DNA of 57,015 bases, filler included, from Sluysia triapertura (lineage: Eukaryota): NCBI GenBank assembly GCA_046118255.1. It is 4 parts of 4 records of this genome, joined end to end, with 100 filler letters (N's around TTAATTAATTAA, not from the genome) between each part and the next. Parts side by side here need not be neighbours in the genome. Positions count along the whole stretch, not along the records: positions 28,203 to 39,147 come from JBJNIA010191085.1; positions 39,248 to 57,015 come from JBJNIA010185279.1; 2 more parts are not named here. One strand, 5' to 3'. Shown one piece after another: positions 28,501 through 42,764 of this stretch. The notes beneath the pieces are model-generated. The model was not told the origin of the DNA. It saw only the letters and a program-made list of their open reading frames with translations, and did not search any database. Made by a program: the position numbers and the translations under genes. The first letter of the stretch is position 1, and every line of letters begins with the position of its first letter.

Positions 28501-29901
28501 TTGTTGTTTTTAGTGGTTACGTTTAAGCCAATGATGTAGAATTAGGGTTCACGGTCATAGCCATCATGCTATACTGAAGTTGTACATCATACTCATTCAA
28601 AATGAGCTTGGAGAATACATTATTTTTGGAAATTTATCTGATTCTCTCGTTATTTGTGCACAGAAAATATCCCTTCATAACACAATGCTTTACTTTTACT
28701 AATACTTAACTGAATTGGAACTTTCATCGTTTAAAGTACGGAATCTTTTACATAGCATTACAACAAGAGTCACTATTTTTCAATAGATGCTGCTGATTTG
28801 ATGATAGATGACCTTGATAAGTCAGTCGTGCAACTATTTTAATGTTATTTCTTTATTAATATCACTCAAACTGCCACACTAAAGTACGTTAACTAATATC
28901 AAATGATTTTAAAAAGTTGAGTCGAGATTGTAATTCGTCGTGACTCATGTTAGTACCAATGACAGTCTCAATTGAAAGAGACTGCGAATTTAATCACAAA
29001 CCTAAGTAATATTTACAAAGTTTGTTTACTTATTTCGATTCGATTGGATATCACACTAATCAATAAAGTGGGGCTCTTTTCAATCAATTGATGATGCTAT
29101 CAAATCTTGACAATAAATTGATGCTGATTCCAAATGTATCAAGGCACTCTTCAATCAATTTGTTTCTTCTGGAAAACAACAAATTGATAATTTCTCTATT
29201 ATTTTATATTATTATACTTTTTATTGATATTATTCAAAGGCAAAATGTTTCTCAATTTCATTGCTTAATGATTGTTGATAAACACACAGTTATAATTTTT
29301 CCCTTATAGCATTCGATTTCATTCTATATTATAATTCTGATCGTATTTATATCCCTATTGTTGATTTGATTTGTTGATTATTTATTAGTTATCCCATATT
29401 ATATTTATATTTACATCTGCTTTGCTTATTAGTGCTCATATTTTCGTATTTTTATAATAATTTCATTTTTCGCTTATTGACACTTAAGTGTATTTATTAA
29501 ACATTTCTTTCCCATTTTCAGATTTGTAGGTTTTTCTTGAAAAAATATTGAAGAAATTTATGTAATGTTTGAGTATTTAAATTATTTTTTATTAATTATT
29601 CTCTTCATTGAATATCGTTATTGATTATTATTATCATCTCCAAAATATGTATGTAACAATGTGTAGGCAGATAAATGCTGAATAGTCAGTAATTAAATTT
29701 TATTTTATTTCTAATTGTATATCAAGTTTCTGTCAATAGAAAATCAGGAAATGACTGTACTGTAGCAGTTAGTTAATTGATATTTATGTGATTTAAATAA
29801 TTATTAAAATTTAAGAAATAAAAGTACATCGGAACGCTTTTGCACTGGGAACATAAAATTACCTGAGGTTGTATCAGAGGTTGCACTTTATTAGAGATTT
29901 A

Positions 29902-30640
29902 TAGCGGTGTCCTAAAAGTAACTGACCCGCAAATTTAAATAAAAATTAAATATCAAAAACGACAAATATAATTTCTTTTTTATATCATTTTATGTTTTCT
30001 TTGCTCTATTAATTTCCTTCTGCGAATAGTAGTCTTTGGAATGACTTGTTGCGTGATCTTGATTTTGTTCTGAAGTCATTGCTTGATTCTTAAAAATGCA
30101 GCGAAGGATTTTAGATTTGAACGAACGTTTCTTCGTTATTAAGAATCACTAGCTACAAGTATGTTGAAGCAAACTTCAGAACACCTGTACCGAGTAAGTC
30201 GACAACCTTGTATTCAAATTTGAAGTAATTGGAAGTGTGTCAAATGCTCCAAATCCGAAAACAGGGATATAGTGGCAGCTGCATTTGTTCATTTTCCTAA
30301 AAAATCTATAGCCAGGCTGAAAATTTCTCGAACTTCACTCTACCGTATCTTGAAGACATTGATCTAAAACCATGCAGACCTCATCTTCTTCATGCTCTTC
30401 ATTATCTAAATGACGCAGATAAACGATTAGAATTTTGTGAAGAATCATCAGATTTTCCAGACTTCAGAGGAAACTTGCCAGAAAGTATGTCGCAGTGTTG
30501 TCAAAGGATGGCGTGCTTGCATTGAAGTTCAGGGTGGACATTTTGAACATTTGTAAATGCGAAATATACTTATTAATTTGTCTTTTTTGATATCTAATTT
30601 TTATTTAAGTTTGCGGTCCGGTTGCTTCTGGGACACCCTG
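29902..30640 (+). mobile_element. Internally deleted Tc1/mariner (rosa/maT-like) DNA transposon
   Basis: ~65-bp TIRs (CAGGGTGTCCC...CCGCAAA.TTAAATAAAAATTA.ATATCAAAAA.GACAAAT) flanked by TA. Transposase remnants VPSKST..KFEVIGSV, ISRTSLYRILK, LKP.RPHLLHAL..DADKRLEFCE are fused directly to the C-terminal CIEVQGGHFEHL*, so the DDE/D core is deleted. Confidence 0.9.
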
Positions 30641-32983
30641 TACAATAGAGCGGTTCATTTTTTAATGAGAATACGAATGAGTTTGTTAATGATAATGATA
30701 GTAATAATAATAATGATATAATAGCCTATAATAATAATAATAATAATATTTGAACTTTCTGTACACATTCAGAACTGTGATCAAGTAAATGAGTTCATTA
30801 GTTACTATTTTCGTTTGACGGTTTTTGTTTCAAAAAGTTGTCACAATAAAATATTTAAATAAATAATTTTTAATTAATTTTATGTTATAAAACAACAAAA
30901 ATCGAAATCTTAAACATAAAGTTTCTCATAAACTTTCAACTCGCTTTTTGTAAATATTACAATCGAGTTTCTTTTTGTTCTGAGTATTTTATTTTGTCTA
31001 TCTTTATCAGCATCTACATCGAGCACATGAGTTCTGATTTCGTCTCTGATGTTTCAAATCAACCAACCAACATCCATTATTATGTAACATTGTTTAAATA
31101 TAAATTTGAATTTTATTATATTGTGACATTATAAAACTACAATAAAATAAAGCAATCTATTTTACCTTATTCGTACTCGTTTCTTCTAAATAATTAATAT
31201 TTATATATTTAGAAATTTCACTGTAACTTAGAGCACTAGTCTTTACAATCTTGTTTGTATCTAAAACACCACTAAATTTAGGATTTATTCAATAATTGAG
31301 TGAATAACAATCACTGTATTACAATAGACATTATGTGAAACTTGTCCAAATATCTATACATAAGAAAGAACGATTTATACACTAATTATAGTTTGACACA
31401 GTAATCCTTACTATAACAACAATAATAATAATAATAATGTTTAATAATATTCTTATCATATTATATCGAATATTCAAATTATATTATTAAAAAATTACTT
31501 CTTAAAATTAGATTAAATGATTTTGAATATAGTTTACGACTAGTAGTAAACTTACGAAATCGCTTGCAAGATTATGATAAAATGATTTAGATTGGTTAAT
31601 AACTGATCCAATGAATATATGAATAGTCTCCAGCAATAATAATAATAATAAATTTCTAGCACCACAATTTTTCCAATTTTCGTTTAAAATTTTATTTCAT
31701 AATAATCTTCAAACTATGTATAAGTTCAATAATATTAAACAATAAAAATTATATATCATTATTGTAGAGGATTTTACACAATTAATTATTTCATTTATAT
31801 TAAATATTTTATCTATAACCTCTTTAACAACGTAAGGATTAACTATCTCATGAATTAACTTTAAAATAACCCTAAGAACTTTTAATTTAGGCTTAATTTC
31901 TTTAACAAAAATTGATCAGAACAAAATAATTAAGCAGGAACGAACAATTTTATATTGAACAATAAAATAACGAAAAAAATCAAACATTCATGAATTAGCC
32001 AAACAAAAAAATACGAGGAACAATAAAAAATATATGTATAAAGATAAACATACATAACAATAAAAAGAACAACCATAAAATTACAACAATTAAAAATTAT
32101 TACTACTTTGTTTATGTTTTGTATGTATATTGAGTAATTTGTTTATGTAAGAAGTGCTTATGTTTGTATGTGATTGTCATGAGTTGAGATTAATTATTTC
32201 GGTATTGATTTTGTAATTATTAAAATTTAATTATTATTGATTTATTGACAAATAATAATTTATAAAGAAGCTGTCTTTCAATAACTGCAGTTACGAAAAT
32301 TGTTCAATAATAATAGTTCAAAGAAAATTTTGTCAATAATCTTAAGATGAAATATCACCTTGACTTTCAAACAGTTCCATATGATTGGGTACTTTGTTTT
32401 ATCAAATCAAATATTGATAATTATATTCATTAATAACTTTATTTAAACATTTAATTATCTTTACACACATCCTTAACTTATATCTTATGTTTTAATGTCA
32501 CTCAATATTACAATATATCTAACACATCTAAAAAATATAACCAAATTTTCTTTGTTTATTTTCTGTGTAAGGTGCTTATGAAGATTTTTCTAAGTTGTAC
32601 AATGAATATTATTAGATTTTTTCATATTTTTAGATATAGCACAGTAAGTGTATTATAGTTTATCATTGTTATCATTTACTTACAATGTTTAAGGTGTTCC
32701 TACATAAATACAGTCCTAAATTCTTCAGTAGTTAATTTTCTCTCTAGTTAATATCATGGTGATATGGCCTATTTCCAATAATATTGTTTTCGTTATTCAC
32801 TCATACAATTAGTTAATGCTGTTGGTCGATTATCATCTCCTTTCTAGGATTTGTTTTCCGTTCTATTTTATTCAAATCTTACGTTATTTCATTGTTATGA
32901 TTCTCCCACTTAATCTTCTCTATTTACTAATTAAATGTGGTGAGTTTAATTCCATGTTCAAGATATCTGTTTTGTTATTTAAG

Positions 32984-33980
32984 ATTTGAAACTCCTTCGA
33001 GTTTCAGTGGTAACAGAATACGAATACGAATAAGAAAATCGAGTACCAGAGTAAATTTAATTTCCCATGTCAACAAAATAGATGGATCCACTTTGATGTT
33101 CGATTATCAAGAAAAGCATTAATAACATTTACTTAGTTACAACGAATCCAACGAATGATAATATGCAGCATCGTTACTTAGCTCTTTGACTACCGAATTT
33201 TTATTTCACTTAGGCTTCACGAAATACAAGAATTATTATAACCTCTTTCGGAATTACACTTTCTTCGACGTATTTGTTTGTGTCCTCCATTCCCATGGAT
33301 ACAGAGGGACCTTCAATATGGTAAGAATTTTGCACATTTAATTTTTTAGATTATTTAATTTAAAAAATACGAATAAAAAAGATGTACCGTTTGACATCGG
33401 TGGTCAACAAGTTGATTGCAATATTTTATTTGACAGCTGTTTCTGAAATACTTAAATATGTCACTAAATTCAAAACTATTTTAATATTATTTTCTAATTC
33501 AAGAAGTGCTCATTGTGATTTGACTGTACTGGAAAAAGTATTTTTACCAATTTAAATTAATCAATATTTCAGACCAATAAGGCAAATCCTCCAGACTCAA
33601 CCAATAAGACAGGTTTGTAAATTTATTCATACATTTCTCATTCTCTCTCTATCCTTGTCTGCCTTCTTTATCATTATTTATTTCACCCGCACAAAGAATC
33701 AAATTCATTTGACCTCATTCTTGGAACTACTTGTTCTTGAAATACTTGGAAATCTTGAATTTGGTATTCCACTGTTTCTATGGTTATGTGAATCAATTAA
33801 AACTGTATCGTCAGAGATCGTCAAACATGAAGTGACACGTGATATGTCCGTATCCATCTGCTGCTTAGGTGAAACTACTGTAACTTTTACAAGGCGAACT
33901 TGAGTGTGAAATGAAATCCTTAGCAACTGTTAACTTAGTCCGACCAAAAGTAGTGGCGAACATTTTCCGCAGCACCAAGT
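32984..33980 (+). pseudogene. Caspase-like pseudogene remnant
   Basis: Colinear fragments FPMSTK..CSII..NN, LFHLGFTKYKNYYNL...DVFVCVLHSHG (33291-33299), KTILILFSNSRS in place of KPK.FFIQACRG, WYSTV/GYV and LATVNLV; stops and frameshifts present. Confidence 0.45.
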
Positions 33981-34330
33981 GACTCATTCCTCAAATTAAT
34001 TTCATTTAAATAAATTCGATAAGATAATTGTTACTCGAGTTGTGAGCAGTAATTCTTCATGTTTCAGAAAATTCTGACTTCGAAAACCTTACATTTAGTG
34101 AAGTTGTTCTTCCATAACAATATGTTAGTGTGATGTGTACGTGAATATTGCTGACATGGTGACATGAATATTTATGGAAAATTATCATAATCTGACACAT
34201 TTAGATCTTGAGAAAGTGACATAAACAATTGATACATTTTATGCATGTTGTGGAAGTTCTGTGTTCAAGCATCAACCACTCAACAATTTGACAAATCACA
34301 AGTCGATTGATAGACTGTAAATAATTTCAG

Positions 34331-35530
34331 ATATTAATGAAGAAATCGAAAAATTGAAATCAGAAATCAACTCCAAGAATAACATTATTTCAGGTTAGAA
34401 CTGTTATTTTCTTACTCCTTGATAATAAATAATCGATCATCGATCATCTTTGTGTGCTGTAATGCACTACCAATTATAATAGATGCCATTCATATTGTGG
34501 TTCTCGGTTCTGTCTGTATAAATATTGTTGTGGTTGATGTGATCGAGTTTAACTTGAATTAGTGAATTTAATGTACAAGTTAGACGGATCAAGCACCTAG
34601 AAATGATAAATGTGTTGCTATTGGTGAGTTTTCTAACAATTAACCAATAATCATAAATGAGTTAATTTAAAAATAAGTTCGCCTGAGATCCAAGTCCTCC
34701 ACACTTAAGGGCTTGTACACATGGTTTTTATTCGCAGAATGATAATGATAGTAATAGTAATAGTAATAGTAATACTAATGGTAATAATTATAATGATAAT
34801 AATAATAGTAATAATAATAATAATGTACTTCTAATAAATAAGAAAAAATGAATTATGTGAGATGACAGATGTTGATAAACATCAAAAATTAAAGAAAATA
34901 CAATTTTATTAATTAAATAATTACTGATTTAAACTTATTATGAATTGTAGTTTTATTTTAGTGTATTACTATTTTAACTGACTTTAAATGACTTGTCTTT
35001 AAAACATCGTAGAATTAGAAAATGTCGAAGGAACTTAGAATTCGAACTTAGTAAGAGAACTTTATGTTGTCGAGAACTCTATGGAGATGTAAGAGTTCTC
35101 GACAACATAAAGTTCTCTTACTAAGTTCTCTTATAGTTGACAATGTCGCAGTTGGATCGCCACAACTACAAGATCAACTTTTAATAAGTGCATAATTAAA
35201 TGATTCATTATTATTAAATGCCTTTAAAACTGAACTCGGTGCAATATCGAAAAGTCGACTTATTTCACTAGTTTTTTATTAAACAGTATTTGTATTTGAA
35301 TGACGATTTAATTTCTATAGCTGGGTTCTTATGTAAGATTTATTTACATCGCTTGATTGTTTTATGTCTTGTGAAATTACTGACCGCAATCTCACACACA
35401 CACACACACACACACTTATGTGATCAATTTAATTGTAGAACAAAAAGAATTGATAGAGAAACTGAAAACAAAATTCGAAGAAATGGCGTCAGTTTCAAAT
35501 GCCAAGTTGAACGAAGTTATGAAACTAATT
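34331..35530 (+). CDS. Coiled-coil protein exons (34331-34393, 35439-35530)
   Basis: AG/GT-bounded, phase-1-compatible exons: INEEIEKLKSEINSKNNIIS|EQKELIEKLKTKFEEMASVSNAKLNEVMKLI. Confidence 0.5.
35044..35128. repeat. Perfect 37-bp inverted repeat with 11-nt loop
   Basis: GAACTTAGTAAGAGAACTTTATGTTGTCGAGAACTCT (35044-35080) and its exact reverse complement (35092-35128). Confidence 0.95.
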
Positions 35531-38500
35531 GTGAGTTTAAATAATTCTAAATTTTATTTTTTACATTGTTTAAAATATTATCTTTTAACAACGTCAGAAG
35601 TGATGCTGAAGAAGAGAAAAAATAATGAATCAAAATGCCAAAACTAACTAGCACTACTTTCTAGGATGCTTAGTTTATGGCCTGTTAAATGCTTCTATGC
35701 AGTTACCAGACCATGAAAAATATCGGGACTATTTATTTCTGCACATTTACTGACAATCTCAGTGCCAGGGTCCCGATAGTTCGGCTACTAAATTGATAAT
35801 AGTTCAAGAACGAATAGCATTTAAACTTGTTTAATGTAGAAACCAGTTCGCAGCCCTTGACTTTTCAACTAATGACGCTACTGTTTCTTCTACTGTGGCT
35901 TGGAACTAAATTTATTATGTTTTTACTACGCACATACAAAACCTTACTGACATAAAGTATTCACAACTTCCGGGACTTCTTGCTTCACACCTGTGCAGTT
36001 CGATGCTATTAATTGAATATACTATCATTATTCTAAATAGCGTCCTGGACCTCTACACTCAGTAAATAAATGAAAATTTTTAGAAAATTTGACAAATTTT
36101 AATGTCATAAATTATCTACAAAACAACTCAGTTTATCTAGTTTTCAGCAAATGAAAGAGATTTTTTACATCATTTCATCACGATTCAAAATCACTAGTTC
36201 GGGAAATGTCTCTAACTCTCTCGTGTGATGTGTTACTGATACTGAAAGCTTAAAGAATAAGTTTTATCGATTCGATTTCGACGTTTTACTTTTCAAATTC
36301 AAGTTTTAAAAGATATTAATATCTCGAGATGTTTAGCATCCCTTGAAATCGGCCGAAATTGAATATTTATGAATCAGTTGTATCACAATTTCGATGTGGA
36401 ATGGAAATGTGTCAAGATCTCTATGACATATTAAATTTATCTGAAGGTCAAAGTTAATTCGTCTCTGACGAAAGACATGGAAGTGCTTTTAAATATAAAT
36501 TCTTAATTCGAATTATAATTCTTAATCTCTAATGAAAACAAGTGTCTGTAATTGTCTAAAATAATTTATTGATAGCACTGCGAGAGGAGCCACACATGTA
36601 ACTAGTAATATTATTAGTAATTACTTTGATAAAATTATTAAGTTGTTTATTTTACAGCTATTATACAATTACTGTAACTCCAGATGGCTAATTTTCCTAA
36701 TCAATAACTTCTTCGATCAATTAATGACTTTGGCCTTGCAGTGAAGGACAGCCCCTTATGACGTAGTTTTATGAATGTTATACCTTGGCCTAACATTTAT
36801 TTATATAATTTCTATACTGATTTCTTTATACTTAAATTATTTTCATAGTTAAAAATGTCATCTAGCCAATAAGTATAGTTACATTACTAGATAACTACAT
36901 TATACTTGATCAATAGCGAACAGCTATTTCTTTGATCAAATTAATTATTTCTGAATTTGTAAGTTTTATTTTATGATTAAGTTCGAACTCAAAATCAATT
37001 TTATTACCATTCATGTCCGATAAGTTTCACTTGTTTTTTCGAGTAATGTGTTACATGAAAATTATTTTGATATCCTCACTCTTGAAATAGTACATAGTAC
37101 ACCAATGTGTTCATTTATGTGGTTGGTTTAAACTTTGTTATTTTATTTGTTAATGCATTGTTGGACTGAGGATGGTGTAGTACGAGTAATTCAGAAAATG
37201 ATTAGTTCGAACTATGAATCTTATTTTTATTGCACGAATTATTATTAATTATTAATCAATAGAGTTAATCAACATTTGACTGTAAATATTTACAAATTTT
37301 ATTTAAATTTTCCGAAAAATGCTTATAAATCAAACTTTATAATCATTTTTATTTAGAACGATGTGACCTAGTTCTCTCATACTGATTCTGATTATTTGGT
37401 TCTTTTTATATTGGTCGATTTGAAAGTGATAATATTGATTTTCTCACTTATTTTATAATCAAATCATTTCGTATTATTTATTACACATTAGACACATTTA
37501 TAAGTAATATCATGTTTATATTTGACCTGGAAGGAAGGTAAATCAGCGAAACAAACAGTCGATATTTAATCCCTTGAGTCCTTGTTTATTTGAACTTTTA
37601 ACATATTGAGGACGGATTTAATTTTAGTGTCATTTTTATTTTATAAACTATCAAAATATAGTTTTATTCAGAAAACAAGATTGAATGAATAATACAAGAT
37701 TGATTAAGATAAACAAACATAAGTTAAATTTTAATAATTTTGAACATTGTGGAACTTTTCAAAGCAGCTTTCATTGTTTGAATTGCCAAGTAGACTCTTC
37801 TATTATAGTGATAACTAACGCGACGACTTTTCGTTGGATGCTGCTTTATTTGGAGGAGGAATATCCGAAAAATGTCTCAAAAATAAAAATATAAACATTT
37901 TGAAATAAATTTATTTTCGCTTGTCAATTGTTACTCGGGCACCAAACATGTTAGGGAAGTGGCGCACAGTACTGCAAGAAAAACACCATACATATGTTAA
38001 ATAACAATGACACAAGTTAGACTCGTCATCTGTAACTTTAATTATTCACATTGATGAAGGATTAATAATGTTTTGATGAATTAACCAAAAATACAACAAT
38101 GGCATTAAGGTGGTAATCACTGCAATATAAATTTCGATTTTATATTCTAAATTTTTCTATGAAATTACACGGGATGTTGTGAAAATAAGGCTATTTTTAT
38201 TCCCAAATATAAAATAATTCTGTTGTGCTTCAAAATTGTACAGTGATTATTTAGAATTTCTTGCAAACAGTAAGGTTGAACTACGTGCATAGGAAATGAT
38301 CACTATTAACAGTATTGATTTGACGGCGATTTTTATTCTTAACATACGTCAAAATAAATTTTAGCAGGGTCTTGTTACAATATACAGTATTCATCTGTAA
38401 CTATAAGTGAACAACTTTATTATGTTACTTAGTTATCAACTTCGTATAGGAGTTGTTAATCGATTGTCCAAGCGTCAAATTATCCAATTTATAGCACTTA

Positions 38501-38549
38501 ATATTGATGAGATTTGTGATGGAAGTGTCAAGACTCAGTGTAGCAGCAT

Positions 38550-39147
38550 AAGGTGAACATTATTTAAGAATTAAAATAGGGTATTATGATTAACTGTAAT
38601 GGTAAGATAAGTATATAAAATACTTAAATCAAGATAAAATAATGAGAGACTATGAAGAAATAACCCTTTGCAGGGTTTTATTTGTTAAAATGTTAAAGTA
38701 CAGTTGTTAATTAACTTAATTAAAATTTGTTTAATTTGATAACCCAGTAAAAATGTTTGCTCATGACAAAATGATATTGGATTTATGCATAATAATGAGT
38801 TTTATTATTGTTTTTAAGGATGAAGTATTGCGAATAATTAATTAATTATTTTAATTAATTTTTATTATTTAAAATTAAAGTTAAATATGTTTCAATGTCT
38901 AAGTATTATAAAGTACATGCTAACATGTGTTGGGATTAGTAAAGAATAAGGGTTGATAGAAGGGTCAAAACTTAGGATAGCGGTGTCAGTGGAACGTTAT
39001 TAAAAAATCAAGTGGAGGCATTATGATGAATTGAAATAGCAAGATAACTATAGAGAATATTTTAATCAATGTAAAATAATGAGAGATACGAAGAAACAAC
39101 CCTGTAAAAGGTTTAATTTGTTAAAACATTAAAGTACATTTGTTAAT
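38550..39147. repeat. Diverged tandem duplication (~440-bp period), cut by the gap
   Basis: 38550-38710 aligns with 38990-39147 (e.g. AAAATAATGAGAGA..GAAGAAA.AACCCT....TTTGTTAAAA..TTAAAGTACA.TTGTTAAT). Confidence 0.75.
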
Positions 39148-39247
39148 NNNNNNNNNNNNNNNNNNNNNNNNNNNNNNNNNNNNNNNNNNNNTTAATTAAT
39201 TAANNNNNNNNNNNNNNNNNNNNNNNNNNNNNNNNNNNNNNNNNNNN
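39148..39247. other. Assembly/concatenation spacer
   Basis: N44-TTAATTAATTAA-N44. Confidence 0.97.
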
Positions 39248-40569
39248 GTTATTCACAAAAACGTACTTTTTCTTAATTAAGTTAATTAAGATTTTTAATT
39301 AATTAATCTATTTTTAGACTTAATGTTATTTTATGTTTAAAGGTCTTATTGAGGTTCTAAAGTTTTTTAGCAGTTTGTAAGTCATTCAGGAGAATCTAGA
39401 TGTTTTCACCTTCACCTCTCTCATTCCTTTTTCTACTTCTTTATGCTAATTATTACTATGTTAAATTTATCTTTATTATCTTGAACAATGATTTTATTTC
39501 TCAAATATTTCAAAGATTTTATACACCTTATAATAGTACTCGAAGATCTTGGATGCATATCAAGGTTGCAAGAATACTTAAAGGTTAATAAGGTCTTAAA
39601 TGATCTAAAGATTCCAAGGTTCAAAAGGTACCTTAATACTTCTAAAGGTCATTCAAGTCCATCAAAAGCTTCCACAAGGTCTTTGGAACTCCAAGGTATT
39701 TTTTAACTTTTAACATTATTTTAGATGTTTTACTTTCATGGTTCTTATTCCAACAATGTTTACCATGTTCAATCCATCACTCTGTATCAGTTTTTTCTTT
39801 ATTTTATGATTTTATATGTTTCTTACTCATCTCCTAATCTACAGTTAGGCAATCCCAACAAGTATAATAAAAATTGATTTAAAATGTACAAAACGTACCT
39901 GTAACGAAAGCACAATGCAACTGAAGTTACACAAACAATGAACAGAGTTTTTACATATTTAATGCAATTGTTTTAATAAGTATGCAACACTTATTTATAT
40001 AAAATATTTGACTATAATCCTGAACAAATAATATATGAATTTGCTTCAATATCCGATATTACTGTATGTTGTTTCTTGCGGATAAAGTTTAAATAGTTTA
40101 ATTTAAGTATTCATTATGATTTTTTAGTAAAAATAAAAGAAAGAAGTCAATTTTAAAATGTGACAAGTTTTTCTTTAGATATTACAATTGCCTATTTTAT
40201 ACCTGTTTTGAGTCCAAAAGTAGAATCATTCAATCATAATTAAGAGTGAATGTAGTTAGTCTTGACTTATAATTAAGAAATTAGTATTACAATTTACAAT
40301 TTACAAAGATTACATTTACAAATTATAAAAATAATTCAGAATGAATATTTTTCAAAGTTCTTACCAAATCTCATGTAAAAAATATAAATGTCTAAATATT
40401 AAATATACCAGAATAAATAAATTTTCTATATTTGCCAGATAATTTTTAAATTTATTAACCAATAAAATTCGAGTGTAACTACATCAGCAATATTAAGTTT
40501 GAAAAATATTTGTATCAAAAAAATTAATTTTCGTTATTTCATAAAATGTTGACCAATATAAGTTATAAA

Positions 40570-40720
40570 GATCGAATGTTAGAGTTGGTTGAATGTTTAC
40601 CATAATATGTAACTATGTTTAGAAATGTAATAACATGGTTATTTTCAAATTTATAAATTTGTAAAAAAAATCAAGATTGGAATAAGTTAATTGGTGTCTG
40701 ACTGTTTGCAATTCAAATGT
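40570..40720 (+). pseudogene. Possible RhoGAP-domain C-terminal fragment
   Basis: DRMLELVECLP*YVTMFRNVITWLFSNL*ICKKNQDWNKL...FAI resembles L..L...LP..N...L..L..HL..V......NKM...LAI. Confidence 0.3.
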
Positions 40721-42454
40721 TGCTTAAATTTATGTAATTATCCAATCGAATTGAATATTTCATGTTCAAACAAAATATGATCCCTTACATGTCAAAGTGT
40801 TTGCTAACTATAATGTAACTGTAATTAGACAAAACATTCTAGAAACATGTATAACCAATAAGATTCAAGCTTCACAAGTATAAATACCATAAAAGAAAAA
40901 CTCTTATTCATTTGTCAAATATAATTTTTAAATATTGTGTATCAAGTGTCTTCAACATGTTGGAAATTCCAATGTCAAATTGATATTACTGATTCAGCTA
41001 CAAATGGCAATAGTAAACTGATTTTGTGTCGCCTTTAATAATTCTTTGTAGATCAAAAAAACGAGAAAAAGAACGCATTCGTTAAATTTCTTGACCACCA
41101 TTTATCTCTACAAAAACAATTAAAACTTCATCATAAATCTTTATCTAATGGTACAAAAAGGTGTTACAAAATCGTACAGAAAAGTCACTTTCCTCACAAA
41201 CGAATAAGTCAAAATTAAGAATAATTTTGTAATATTACAAAATGCATGATGGTGAAAATTACACAAGCAGAAAAGTTAAAATAAATACTTAAAATCAAGA
41301 TTATTAAAAGTCAAAGCTCCAATTATTGGGGGAATATACAACTTGGACTTATTTTTAATTATATCGAATATACCGAAAATTCCAAAATATATAATAGTAA
41401 TAATAGAAAAATATATAATTCCAAAATATATAATATAATAATAGAAAATTCCAGTAATATATAATACTGTATAAACAAATTCAACATACTGCATATTTCT
41501 TTTCTAAAGTAAATTTAACACCAAGTAAACAATAATAATTTTTATAACGATAAAAAATTATCATATATATGTTTGATTTAAATTTTTTGTGTATTAGTTG
41601 TTATATTTATACAAATTCTCGAATAATAATTCCTTAAACAACAAAGAAAATCTTAATTATTCTTTAATTCTCTAAATATATCTTCAAATTATGTTGCTTC
41701 AAACTTTAATTTTCGTCTATTAATAACCTAAGCTCTTTATTTTTCTTATTATTCGATTATTGGCTTATCTATCTTATCTGGAAATCTTAGTTCGAATACT
41801 CGTTCCTATGGCAGGGAATAGAAACGCAAGATCGAACAAAAGTGACTATTAATAATAATAATAAAGTTTAATTCAGTAACTATTATTTCTAAAAAGAAAA
41901 TTTAATTCTTAGGGGTTTCTACCTCAAGTAATTCAAATCAAACAAATTAAAAACACTATTTATTCAACAAAAAAAATTTCAATTTATTAATTGTAGAAAT
42001 AAATTAACAATATAATTACGAATATTAAAAGAATATTTTAGCATAAAATTTAACAAAATTTTAATTGAAAATATACAAATTTCAAATTATCCATAATTAT
42101 GGATAATTCTCTAAATGCTATACAATTTTGTTGCAAAAAGAACGAAATAAAATTTAGACATCCAACGTTACTCTAAGTATATATTTTTTTCAGATTTTTT
42201 GTTCTTTGTTAATAAAAGTATTAAACCTTGTTATAGTTTTAAAATTGTTAATTTTTACAGGCCTTAAGCTTGGTTTGTTAAAGGTTTCGAAATTAAAGTT
42301 AAATTGTTTTTATTTCGTTAATTTTTAAAATTTTTTAATAAAAATTTAAAAATAAATAAAACTAATCATAATTTATTAAAATTAAAGCTCAAAAATTAAA
42401 GGTCTTAAAATTCGTCAAGAAATGATTGTCTTTTCATATGATTCATTACGAAAG

Positions 42455-42522
42455 GATCAGTTAAAAATTCGAATTGGAGTACATTCCGGTAAAGTAGAAC
42501 AGGAGTTGTCGGATACAAGAAG
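42455..42522 (+). pseudogene. Class III nucleotide (guanylate) cyclase catalytic fragment
   Basis: DQLKIRIGVHSGKV/TGVVGYKK matches LKIRIGIHSGPVVAGVVG.K; frameshifted and truncated. Confidence 0.75.
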
Positions 42523-42535
42523 TCCTTGTCTATAG

Positions 42536-42764
42536 AATAATTTTCATGAATTATTACTATCGATGAAAAATGAAAATAAGTCAGATATTCTTATATGTGC
42601 CCAGAAATTACAAAATAAATTTCCAGGAAGCTCGCGAGGAGATGATGCACAGATTTTTCTTGATTTTTTTCCAAAAACTATTTGAAGAATTGAAAAAATT
42701 GAAACATGAAGAAAATATTATCTGAGAATATTTTGATGGAAAACAGAAATATTTTAATTTATGC
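42536..42764 (+). pseudogene. Ubiquitin-specific protease (USP) fragment, QQDAQEF box region
   Basis: FHELLLSM...KFPGSSRGDDAQ/FLDFFQKLFEELK...NII*EYFDGKQKYFNLC matches F...QQDAQEFL..L...L...II...F.G......C. Confidence 0.6.
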
